Source: Clostridia bacterium (lineage in GTDB: Bacteria; Bacillota; Clostridia; Oscillospirales; CAG-272). Taken from it: DNA of 64,000 nt. The stretch's first letter is position 1, and every line of letters starts with the position of its first letter. The stretch is from positions 26,707 through 90,706 of the forward strand of contig JAGALS010000016.1 of the NCBI GenBank assembly GCA_017625065.1. The letters are read 5' to 3'. The notes below the pieces were generated by a model that was not told where the DNA came from, made no database searches, and saw only the letters and a program-made list of their open reading frames with translations. Below are positions 20,612 through 29,207 of the stretch, in pieces. A program made the translations under genes and the position numbers.

Positions 20612-22978
20612 ATGAGGATCCGTGTACATTCGTCACGTGAGGCAAAACGAAAGCCACTGCTACAGCAAAATTCGCGCTTTCTTGAAATGACCTGCGTGCA
20701 ATTATTATTTGCCTCGTTGGGGGCGCTTGCGGGCAGCGCGGAGCTGCTATTTCACGTGCGCCCGTTTGGCGTCGCACTTGCGGCAGCGGCGACCGCGCTT
20801 TTTCCTGCGGTGTCGCTTGGGGCGGCGATTTTTTATATCGTCACAAAGGAATACGTGACGTTGGTGGCGCTCGCGCTTGTGGGGGCGGCAAGGGGAATTT
20901 TGCACTTTTACCCCCACAACGGTGCAAGAAAAACGCGAATTTTCACAGAGCGCATCTCCTATCGCGTGCTGATCGCGGCGGTGGCGCTCTTTTCCACGGG
21001 GCTCTTTCGCATCATTCGCGGCGGCTTCCGCTTTTTCGATCTGTTCGCGCTCTTGCTCGCGGTCACGGCGGCTGCGCTTGCCACGCTGCTGTTTTCGGGA
21101 ATGTTTGAAAAAAGGGATAGGCTCTTTTTGCACAGCCGCGAGATCGGTGTCGCCGCGCTGGTCCTGACTTGCATCTTTGCAATGCGCGAGGTCAGCTTTT
21201 TCGGTGTATATCCCTCGGCGGTCGCGGCGGCGCTTGCGGCGTTTTGGTTGGTCGCGCATCGGGGCGTTTCGCTTGGAACTGTTGGCGGCGCGCTTGCGGG
21301 GCTGTGCTTTGATGTTCGTATGGCACCGGCGTTCCTTTTGTGTGGGCTTTGTTTTGGGTTGCTCGAAAAAAGCAGCCGCGGCGGCGGTATCCTGGCAGGC
21401 AGCGGTGCGGCGGCGATCTATGCCTTTGCCGTTGCGAGGACTGCGGGGATCACGTTGATCCTGCCTGCACTGCTCACTGCGGGTGCACTATTTTTAGCGG
21501 GAGACAGCGCGGGGCTTGTGGAGGGCTCATCGGGCTATCGTCTCATGCTCACGCGGCGACGAGCCGCACTGCAATCCGCCAAGGCGGGGGAGCAGCTGGA
21601 AAGCGAAACACAGGTCAGAGAGCTTTCGGGCGCCCTACTTGACCTTTCCGGCACTTTCTTTGAGCTCAGCAACCGTCTGCGCCGTCCCGGGCTGATGGAC
21701 TTGCGCCATCTGTGTGATAAGGCGTTTGATGAGGCTTGCCCGGGGTGTCGCAACCGTGATATTTGCTGGGGCACGGAGTACCACGCAACGGCAAGCACGG
21801 TGGGGGCGCTTGGTAGTCGCTTACACACGAGCGGTGTGGTTGGAAAGGAGCAGATCCCCGCGGATCTCGCCGCCAGATGCACCCGCTTGTCGACTATTTT
21901 AAAAAGCATCAACGAGGGTGCGTTGCGCCTTTCGGAGGAGGCGCTTCGAGGCGATAAGACCTCGGTGGTGGCGAGTGATTATGCCGCCGTTGGTCGCATT
22001 TTGAGCGAGACGTTAGAGGATTCTCGCGACATGTTCGTGACTGATGCCGCCGCAGGCGAGCGCATTCTGGAGCGCTTGCAGCGCCTTGGCTACGTGATGG
22101 AATCGGTCGCGGTCTGCGGCAAAAAGCATCGGCGCGTGATCCTGCGCGGCATCCGTCTGCCGGGCAGACATTTGAAGGTGAGAGAGCTGCGGCAACTTCT
22201 GGAGCAGCATTGCCGCTTTTCGCTCGGCGCGCCCGAGGTCGTCGAAGCTGACGGAGCTGCGGATATGGTGTTCCCGGAGCGGACAAAATACGGCAGCGTG
22301 ACCGTTAAGGAAACGCGCGTGAAATCGAAGAGCGAAGGGCGCTATTGCGGCGATAGTGTGATGACACTTTCCACGGACAAGGGGTATGATTACGCGTTTT
22401 TGTGTGACGGAATGGGCAGCGGCAATCAGGCGGCGCTGACCTCAGCGCTGGCTTCGACCTTTCTTGCGCGTATGCTTCGTGCGGGGAGCCGCGCGGATAC
22501 CGCGTTGCGGATGCTCAACGGCTTTCTTGCCGCCAGAGGCTCGCGCGAATCGGAATCCAGCACGACGGTGGATCTGCTTGAGATCGACCGTGTCAGCGGT
22601 GAGGCGTCGCTGTTCAAATGCGGTGCGGCGGTGACGTATTTATTGCGACGGGGGGAGATCACGCGCTTTGTCTCTCGCACGGCACCGGTTGGTATTTTGG
22701 AGTCGCTGGATGCCGAGCGGATCCGTTTTTCGGTGAACGTTGGCGATATTTTGATACAAGTGAGCGACGGCGTGACCAAAGGTGAAGAGGATTGCCCGTG
22801 GCTTTCGGAGATGCTTTCAACAAAATGGGATGGCGATGCCGAGAAATTCGCGCGCCTTGTTTTGGGCCGTGCCGCGCAGGAAGGAAACGACGATCTTTCG
22901 ATCATGGTGACCGAGATCACCCGAGCGAAGGGCTTAAACGAAGAGAATGGCGCAAGTGCAGACAGAACGTCTGCATAA
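20612..22978 (+). CDS. spoIIE: stage II sporulation protein E (membrane PP2C phosphatase)
   Basis: N-terminal multi-TM domain with PFG motif, CxxC..CW linker, PP2C motifs CGDS, CDGMGSG, SDGV, DDLS. Confidence 0.85.
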   Translation: MRIRVHSSREAKRKPLLQQNSRFLEMTCVQLLFASLGALAGSAELLFHVRPFGVALAAAATALFPAVSLGAAIFYIVTKEYVTLVALALVGAARGILHFYPHNGARKTRIFTERISYRVLIAAVALFSTGLFRIIRGGFRFFDLFALLLAVTAAALATLLFSGMFEKRDRLFLHSREIGVAALVLTCIFAMREVSFFGVYPSAVAAALAAFWLVAHRGVSLGTVGGALAGLCFDVRMAPAFLLCGLCFGLLEKSSRGGGILAGSGAAAIYAFAVARTAGITLILPALLTAGALFLAGDSAGLVEGSSGYRLMLTRRRAALQSAKAGEQLESETQVRELSGALLDLSGTFFELSNRLRRPGLMDLRHLCDKAFDEACPGCRNRDICWGTEYHATASTVGALGSRLHTSGVVGKEQIPADLAARCTRLSTILKSINEGALRLSEEALRGDKTSVVASDYAAVGRILSETLEDSRDMFVTDAAAGERILERLQRLGYVMESVAVCGKKHRRVILRGIRLPGRHLKVRELRQLLEQHCRFSLGAPEVVEADGAADMVFPERTKYGSVTVKETRVKSKSEGRYCGDSVMTLSTDKGYDYAFLCDGMGSGNQAALTSALASTFLARMLRAGSRADTALRMLNGFLAARGSRESESSTTVDLLEIDRVSGEASLFKCGAAVTYLLRRGEITRFVSRTAPVGILESLDAERIRFSVNVGDILIQVSDGVTKGEEDCPWLSEMLSTKWDGDAEKFARLVLGRAAQEGNDDLSIMVTEITRAKGLNEENGASADRTSA

Positions 22979-22979
22979 C

Positions 22980-23020
22980 AAAAAGGGCGGGAGATGCAAA
23001 ACGCATCTCCCGCCTTTTTT
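22980..23020. terminator. spoIIE intrinsic terminator (bidirectional)
   Basis: AAAAGGGCGGGAGATGC-AAAAC-GCATCTCCCGCCTTTTTT. Confidence 0.85.
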
Positions 23021-23025
23021 GCGGC

Positions 23026-23098
23026 AATAAAAAGAGGAAATGTCCCGACAGTGATCGCCCAACAAACAAGGCTGGGAGATATAACGGCGGCATCCCTC
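23026..23098 (-). ncRNA. putative small hairpin RNA (array unit 3)
   Basis: minus-strand TTGACC(23134-23129)-17bp-TATACT(23111-23106); 65-nt hairpin GAGGGATG...CATTTCCTC then TTTTTATT. Confidence 0.6.
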
Positions 23099-23142
23099 AA
23101 AAAAGAGTATAGCACAAAAATCAAAAACGGTCAACCCATAGT

Positions 23143-23301
23143 AATAAAAAATGCCGGCTTTGTCTCGCGCTCAATATTCTCGGATGTGAGCGAGAATCGA
23201 GGAAAATACGCCTACAATGCCGACAAAGAGCAGCTCTCAATATCCCACTGGCCCAAATAAGACCCGCGGGGCGTACGTCCAAAACCGTTAAAGAGAACTG
23301 T
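23143..23301 (-). ncRNA. putative ~155-nt structured small RNA (array unit 2)
   Basis: minus-strand TTGACA(23336-23331)-17bp-TATACT(23313-23308); multiple stems; ends GCCGGCATTTTTTATT; no ATG-led ORF. Confidence 0.55.
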
Positions 23302-23346
23302 GTTTAAAGTATAAAACAAAATGTCAAAAATGTCAACCCCGTAGCA

Positions 23347-23413
23347 TAAAAAGCAAGCATCCCTACTGTTCGGGTCGCCAAAAGGCGTTGCCCTCGCAGA
23401 TGGTGATGCTTGC
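23347..23413 (-). ncRNA. putative small hairpin RNA (array unit 1)
   Basis: minus-strand TTGACA(23449-23444)-17bp-TATACT(23426-23421); 61-nt hairpin GCAAGCATC...GATGCTTGC then TTTTT. Confidence 0.62.
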
Positions 23414-23504
23414 ATCCGTCAGTATAGCAGCTTTTATGGAAAATGTCAAGCCTTTATGATATGACACGAAATACAAGAAACGCGATGCATTTTTTGGGAA
23501 ATCC

Positions 23505-23534
23505 TTGACACGGAACGCACAAAAGTGGTATACT
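23505..23534 (+). promoter_or_regulatory. sigmaA promoter of mrnC operon
   Basis: TTGACA-18bp-TATACT with TG extension. Confidence 0.7.
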
Positions 23535-23586
23535 GAAGAAAACTCTTTTGACGTTCCTTGTGGGCGTTTGAGGAAAGGAAAACAAG

Positions 23587-23964
23587 ATGGATCTTCATAC
23601 AGTCGGCACTGCGGCCCTGGCGTATCTTGGTGACGCGGTGATCGAATTGATGGTAAGAGAGCGCTTGGTGGGCATGGGCTACTCCTCGTCCAAGGCGCTC
23701 AACGCCCGTGCGCTGGATTTTGTGCGCGCCTCGGCGCAAGCACAGGCAATGGAGCGACTGCTTCCGCACCTCACGGAGGAGGAAGAGGGCGCGTTCCGCC
23801 GCGGACGGAATATCGGACATACCAATACCCCAAAGCGCGCAACGGTCGCCGAATACCGCAACGCCACGGGCATGGAGGCACTGTTTGGCTACCTACACAT
23901 CAAGGGCGAGCAAGCGCGGATCAAAGAGCTATTTAAATTGGCATATCAGGAGGATGAAAAATGA
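23587..23964 (+). CDS. mrnC: Mini-ribonuclease III
   Basis: LAYLGDAV, FVRASAQA, RRGRN, YRNATGMEALFGYL; no dsRBD. Confidence 0.93.
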   Translation: MDLHTVGTAALAYLGDAVIELMVRERLVGMGYSSSKALNARALDFVRASAQAQAMERLLPHLTEEEEGAFRRGRNIGHTNTPKRATVAEYRNATGMEALFGYLHIKGEQARIKELFKLAYQEDEK

Positions 23965-24785
23965 AAGTTGGGTTTAACCTTTACAAGGATGGCAAGCACA
24001 AGGCGCTGACCATGAGCTACGATGACGGACAGGTGCATGACATCAGACTGCTTGAGATCTTCAACAAATACGGCATCAAGGGCACCTTCCATCTGAATTC
24101 CGGCAAGCTTGATGATGAGGCGGGCAAGTTCCTGACCTCGGAGCAGGTCGCCACCGTATTCGACACACACGAGGTCTCGGTGCATAGCCTGACACACCCC
24201 TATCTGGAGCGTGTGTCGGACGAGGAAGTTGTTTACGAGATCGTGGAGGATCGCAAAAATTTGGAAAAGCTTTGCGGCTATCCCGTGCGCGGAATGTCCT
24301 ATCCCTTTGGCACATACAATACGCAATTGATCGAAAAGCTGCGCGTGCTCGGTATGCAATATTCCCGTACCATCAAGCCCGCAGGCGTTTGGAGCAGCCC
24401 CGACGATTTCAAAATCCCCGATGATTTTATGCAATGGCACCCCACCTGTCATCATGCGGACGAAAAGCTGTTCGACTATTTGGCGGCGTTCAAAAGGAAC
24501 AAGCGCCCCTTGGCCCTGTTCTACGTCTGGGGACACAGCTTTGAGTTCCCGCGTGGTGACGGTTGGACGCGTATCGAGGAATTCTGCGAAAAGGCTGGCG
24601 GCGACCCCGATGTGTGGTATGCCACCAACATTGAAATTTACGACTATATTATGGCGCTTCGCGCTCTGCGCTTTTCTGCCGATCGCACGATGGTCTATAA
24701 TCCCACCGCCACCGACGTTTGGGTGGATGTAGATGGGAAAGCCGTGGTTTGCCCCGCGGGAAAGGTTACAAGGTTTACTATTTGA
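23961..24785 (+). CDS. polysaccharide deacetylase family protein (CE4)
   Basis: TMSYDDG, HEVSVHSLTHP, SYPFG, WGHS. Confidence 0.88.
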   Translation: MKVGFNLYKDGKHKALTMSYDDGQVHDIRLLEIFNKYGIKGTFHLNSGKLDDEAGKFLTSEQVATVFDTHEVSVHSLTHPYLERVSDEEVVYEIVEDRKNLEKLCGYPVRGMSYPFGTYNTQLIEKLRVLGMQYSRTIKPAGVWSSPDDFKIPDDFMQWHPTCHHADEKLFDYLAAFKRNKRPLALFYVWGHSFEFPRGDGWTRIEEFCEKAGGDPDVWYATNIEIYDYIMALRALRFSADRTMVYNPTATDVWVDVDGKAVVCPAGKVTRFTI

Positions 24786-24801
24786 AAGAGAGGAATAAAA
24801 A

Positions 24802-25308
24802 ATGAACCATCCACAAATCAAGATCACCGTAAAGAACTTTGGCACGATGACCGCCGAGCTCTATCCCGAAATGGCGCCTCTGACCGTTGCCAATTTTTTG
24901 AAGCTCGCGCGAGAAAGCTTTTTTGACGGACTGATCTTCCACCGCGTGATCAGCGGCTTTATGCTGCAGGGCGGCGGCTACAACGAGCAGATGGAAGAAA
25001 AGAGAGCCGACGCGATTCGCGGCGAGTTCGCCGCAAATGGCTTCAAGCAGAATACCCTCAAGCACGGCAGAGGGGTGCTCTCTATGGCACGCACCAGCGA
25101 TCCCAACTCCGCATCCTCGCAGTTTTTCATCATGCACGCGCCCGCACCTTATCTGGACGGACAGTATGCGGCATTCGGTAAGGTCATTGAGGGCGATGCT
25201 GTGATCGATCAGATCGCAAATGTGCAGACCGGAAATTACGGCTGGTACATGCAAGACGTACCGATGGATCCTGTTGTGATCGAAAGCTTGGAAATTATAT
25301 CGGAATAA
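24802..25308 (+). CDS. cyclophilin-type peptidyl-prolyl isomerase
   Basis: FHRVISGFMLQGG, LSMAR, SQFFI, LDGQYAAFG. Confidence 0.95.
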   Translation: MNHPQIKITVKNFGTMTAELYPEMAPLTVANFLKLARESFFDGLIFHRVISGFMLQGGGYNEQMEEKRADAIRGEFAANGFKQNTLKHGRGVLSMARTSDPNSASSQFFIMHAPAPYLDGQYAAFGKVIEGDAVIDQIANVQTGNYGWYMQDVPMDPVVIESLEIISE

Positions 25309-25420
25309 AAACTAAATATTTAGAATAACCAATTTAAAAATTGGAAAAATATAATAAAAAATTAGAAAAGGCGTGATCGAAGCCGTTTGGCAGCGATTCA
25401 CGCCTTTTCGTTTTCTTTTG

Positions 25421-26197
25421 TTAAGTGTTGTCCTCGGAGTCAGCTTCCTTCTTTCGTGCCGAGTGCGGCGCGAGGTCCACGGGATGGAATCCGTCGACCT
25501 TGCCGCGCTGGATCGCACCGAAAATGCGATAGCGAAGTCCGGGGCTGTGCTTTTCCATTTGCAAAAGGAATTTGTTGACCTCTGTGCGCTCGGTGTTGTT
25601 ATCGGCGGGACAGGGGGATTTGTAAACGGGGAGATTGTTTTTGTTGGTGAAATAGACCACCGATTTTTCAGGCATATACAAAAGCGGTCTGATGACACGC
25701 ACACCCACGCGCGAAAGCTCGGAGACCGGCTGGAAGCAGCCGATGCGTCCTTCGTAGAAGAGGTTCAGCATAAAGGTGTCAATGACGTCGTCCTGATGGT
25801 GTCCGAGTGCCACGACGTTGCAGCCGAGGTCCTTTGCGGTGTTGTGCAGCACGCCGCGCCGCATCTTGGAGCAAAGGGCGCAGGGGCTTTTTTCTTTTCT
25901 GATGTTAAAAATAATATCGTAAATATCGGTCTTGACGATGTGGTAGGGGACGTCCAGCTCATGGCAAAAATCCGCGATGGCGGAAAAATCGCTTCCCCCT
26001 TCAAAGCCCATATCGACGGTGATGGCGACCACCTCGAAGGGGTTGGGGTAAAAGCGGCGGAGCCCGGCAAGACCCGCGAGCAGGGTCAGCGAGTCCTTGC
26101 CGCCCGAAATGCCGACGGCAACGCGGTCGCCCGGCTTGATCATTTCATAATCGTCCACCGCACGGCGGACGTAGCTTAAAACGCGGCGCAGATCCAT
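25421..26197 (-). CDS. ttcA: tRNA 2-thiocytidine biosynthesis TtcA family protein
   Basis: PP-loop SGGKDS, CALCSKMRRG, GHHQDD, IRPL. Confidence 0.85.
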   Translation of the reverse strand: MDLRRVLSYVRRAVDDYEMIKPGDRVAVGISGGKDSLTLLAGLAGLRRFYPNPFEVVAITVDMGFEGGSDFSAIADFCHELDVPYHIVKTDIYDIIFNIRKEKSPCALCSKMRRGVLHNTAKDLGCNVVALGHHQDDVIDTFMLNLFYEGRIGCFQPVSELSRVGVRVIRPLLYMPEKSVVYFTNKNNLPVYKSPCPADNNTERTEVNKFLLQMEKHSPGLRYRIFGAIQRGKVDGFHPVDLAPHSARKKEADSEDNT

Positions 26198-26208
26198 AAT
26201 CGGCTCCT

Positions 26209-27369
26209 TTACTTGCCAAGCAGGAAGGCGCGTGCTGCCTTATATTCGGCAAGTGCCTTCTGCTCGGCGGCGGTTCCCGTGCCGGCATCAGCGCGGCGCA
26301 GGGCGCGAAGCATAATGTTTTTCGGGGTGTCATCGGGGTCGATCAGCTCCAGAGCCGCCACCTCGTATCCGTTTGCCTCAAGCCATTTGAGGCGCAGCGC
26401 ATCGGTCGCGGCATCGCAAAGCTTTTGCCGCAGCATCGAGTGGCTTGCGATGAAGTCTAAGGTGGGGCAATTTAAGGTATGATTGAGCTCGTGATGGCAG
26501 CAGGGGGTCGCAAGGATCACCTTAGCCGAAAAGGTCAGCGCGCGCTCCAAAACAAGGTCGGTGGCGGTATCGCAGGCGTGCAGGGAAATGACAAGGTCGG
26601 GCAGGTCATCGGTCTTGTAAGCGGCGACGTCGCCGCACAGGAATTCAAGCCCCTCAAAGAAGAGATTTTCCGCCACGTCCTGGCAGTAATCGATCACGTC
26701 GGGCTTGAGATCCACGCCCGTCATCGACACCTCGCGGCCAAGAATATTTGCAAAATAATGGTACACGGCAAAGGAAAGATAGCTCTTTCCGCAGCAAAGA
26801 TCCAGGATGCGGATGCGCCCCGTGGGAAGGGCGGGGAGCGTGTCGCGGATCAGCTCCAGAAAACGGTTGATCTGGCGGAATTTTGCCTGCTTTTTGTCAT
26901 AGATGCGACCGTTTTTGTCCGACACACCCAGACGGATCAAAAAGGGCTCGTTGCCCTCTAAAATATGCTTTTTTTCCTTGTTGTTACCACTGATCGTCAC
27001 CGCGGGAACGGCGTTGTCGGAAAGGTGGCGGCGGAGCTTGTCCGCGCCAAGCAAGAGCTCCGCGCCCTTTTTGGTGCGGCGCAGCTCGCAGTCTCCACCC
27101 GTTGTGAGCAGATTGACCTGAGAAAATCTTGTAAAGCGCGAGGAAAGGCTATCCTCCGTGGCGCGATCAAGGGGGAGATTTTCGTGTGTTGCCTTGTGGT
27201 CGCTGTGCAGTGTCTCGATCTGCAAAACGACCTTGCCGCCAATGCGGCAAAGAACACCCGTCGCACGGGTAATATCCCCGTCAATGGGGCGGGAAAACAC
27301 TAATTTTTTTAAAGTTTCGGTGCGTGCCGCCAAAAGGCAAAGCGACGCGAGCTCAGCATACGTATTCAC
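26209..27369 (-). CDS. SAM-dependent methyltransferase (Methyltransf_32-like)
   Basis: KFRQINRFLE, DLCCGKSYLSF, LHACDTATD, PCC, TPKN. Confidence 0.88.
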   Translation of the reverse strand: MNTYAELASLCLLAARTETLKKLVFSRPIDGDITRATGVLCRIGGKVVLQIETLHSDHKATHENLPLDRATEDSLSSRFTRFSQVNLLTTGGDCELRRTKKGAELLLGADKLRRHLSDNAVPAVTISGNNKEKKHILEGNEPFLIRLGVSDKNGRIYDKKQAKFRQINRFLELIRDTLPALPTGRIRILDLCCGKSYLSFAVYHYFANILGREVSMTGVDLKPDVIDYCQDVAENLFFEGLEFLCGDVAAYKTDDLPDLVISLHACDTATDLVLERALTFSAKVILATPCCHHELNHTLNCPTLDFIASHSMLRQKLCDAATDALRLKWLEANGYEVAALELIDPDDTPKNIMLRALRRADAGTGTAAEQKALAEYKAARAFLLGK

Positions 27370-27399
27370 ATTGAACCTTTCTTTTTTGAGGAGTTAAAC

Positions 27400-28287
27400 T
27401 TACTTTCTTTTCTTCAGCCTTTTCAGCTTTTTTTCGGATACGGGATGCTTTTTTGCTGACGCTTCCTGATTCGACTCATTCAAACCGCCTGCTTCGGGCG
27501 CGCTTTCGGGTACCGCATTTGCTACGGGTGCCTCGGGCGTTTTGTGCCAGAGCTTCAGCTTTCGCTCGGTCCTATCCATAATGCGCTTCAGATTGCCGCG
27601 GTGTGCCCAGGTAACAAGAGCCGCGATCATCAGCGCGATGACGCTCGGAATACCGTATCGCATCGTAACGGTGTCAAAACTGTGCAGCAGGATCGGATAG
27701 AAAAGCGCGATCACCACCGAACCAAGGGAAATGTAGCGAGTCATCGCGACCAAGGGGATATACAGGCACAGCAGGACCAAGGCGATAAAGGGGTTCAGCG
27801 CGATCACGCACATCGACATAGTGGCAAAGCCCTTTCCGCCGCGGAAGTGCGAAAAGCAGGGGAACACGTGACCGAAAATGCAGAAGAAAGCGGAAAGGAA
27901 AGAGGCGTATACCAGATAGATATAATAGAAATCATTTGTGGAATGACCGAAAATGGCGCAAGCGATGAGAATGGAAACAACACCCTTCAGACCGTCACCG
28001 AGGAAGGTGAGGATCGCGGCCTTTTTTCCGTAGCTGCGTCCAATATTGGTGGCGCCCGCATTACCGCTGCCGTGATTTCTCACGTCATCGTGATAAAAGA
28101 GCTTGGAGACGACCAACGCGAAATTGACACTGCCAAGCAAATAAGAAGCGGCGATGCAAAAGACAAAGCCAAGTCCGATCAGCAGCGCGGTCGTGCCCTG
28201 TGTAAACGAGAACTTTTGAAACAAAAAGCGCAACAGTCCGTTTTCGAACCAGTTGTAGATGCCCCAGATCAAAAAAGATACAGGCAT
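27400..28287 (-). CDS. plsY: glycerol-3-phosphate acyltransferase PlsY
   Basis: YLLGS, GSGNAGATN, GHVFP..FRGGKG, HRGN. Confidence 0.92.
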   Translation of the reverse strand: MPVSFLIWGIYNWFENGLLRFLFQKFSFTQGTTALLIGLGFVFCIAASYLLGSVNFALVVSKLFYHDDVRNHGSGNAGATNIGRSYGKKAAILTFLGDGLKGVVSILIACAIFGHSTNDFYYIYLVYASFLSAFFCIFGHVFPCFSHFRGGKGFATMSMCVIALNPFIALVLLCLYIPLVAMTRYISLGSVVIALFYPILLHSFDTVTMRYGIPSVIALMIAALVTWAHRGNLKRIMDRTERKLKLWHKTPEAPVANAVPESAPEAGGLNESNQEASAKKHPVSEKKLKRLKKRK

Positions 28288-28394
28288 ATGCCCCTCCTTG
28301 AGTGATATCGCAAAATAGCGATAGTACTTTATTCTATTATAACATAAAATATTGGCGCAGGCAAGACCTGCGCCAATATTTTTATTGATGGATT

Positions 28395-29141
28395 TTATGT
28401 CTTTGGATTTTCCTCATTGTTTTCGGCAGAAGTGTCGATTTCGCATCCCGTTTCGGGGGATGTTTCACTGCTGGCAGCAAGCGCCTTGCGGTGAAGGAGG
28501 CGACGGAGCAGCACCGCAAGGTCAAAATGCAGCAAAAATCGAATGAAGCCCTTATCGGTGTGCCTTTCGCATACCGAAAAAAGCCAGCGTGAGAGGAAAT
28601 AGCCGCCGATCGCGCCCAGTGCGCCTGCAATCAATCCGCCCAACACGTCGGTGGGGTAATGCACCATCAGATACATACGCGAAAGCCCCATCAGGGCCGC
28701 AAAAATAAATGCGGTCCAGCTGTACTTTTTGTTTGTGGTCAGGAACAGCGCGGTCATTGCCGCCATCGCGGAGGTGGTGTGTCCCGACGGGAAGGAATTT
28801 TTGCTTGCGTGCGGCGCGCCGATGTATTGCCACCAATCGAAAAAGGCTCTTGCCTCGTCGGCAAAGGGACGGGGGCGCGCCACGATGTTTTTGAGCAGAA
28901 TATTGGTGATCACGGCGCCGCAGGCAATGGCAAAGAGGATGCACGCGCCCTGGCGTTTTGTCTTTTTGAAGCAAAACAGCAAAAGTCCAAGCAAAATAAG
29001 GCAGATGCCCTCCTCGCCGAGGAAGCTGATGAATTTCATAAGAAAATCGAAAAAGCCGCCCGTTGCAACGGTGAAATTGTGGATCGCCCCCAGGATCGCG
29101 TGATCGAAGGCGTAGCATACGGTATCCAACCAATGCGCCAT
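28395..29141 (-). CDS. PAP2-family membrane phosphatase
   Basis: KNIVARPRP, SFPSGH, SRMYLMVHYPTDV. Confidence 0.92.
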   Translation of the reverse strand: MAHWLDTVCYAFDHAILGAIHNFTVATGGFFDFLMKFISFLGEEGICLILLGLLLFCFKKTKRQGACILFAIACGAVITNILLKNIVARPRPFADEARAFFDWWQYIGAPHASKNSFPSGHTTSAMAAMTALFLTTNKKYSWTAFIFAALMGLSRMYLMVHYPTDVLGGLIAGALGAIGGYFLSRWLFSVCERHTDKGFIRFLLHFDLAVLLRRLLHRKALAASSETSPETGCEIDTSAENNEENPKT

Positions 29142-29207
29142 AAGATGCTCCTTTCAATGTGCTGATTTTTTTGTTACGTGTCGCAAAATTTGCGACAGAT
29201 CATCGAT

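Noticed and set aside
22994-23415. Short ORFs 22994-23260 (+), 22934-23134 (-) and 23212-23415 (-) in the spoIIE-mrnC interval
   Set aside because: They start inside hairpins or promoters, lack a usable SD and cross the predicted terminators; the promoter-hairpin-U-tract tiling explains the region better.
23026-23449. Interpretation of the array as CRISPR, tRNAs or 6S RNA
   Set aside because: No identical direct repeats with regular spacers and no cas genes; no cloverleaf or TTCRA arm; no end-paired ~180-nt rod with a central bubble.
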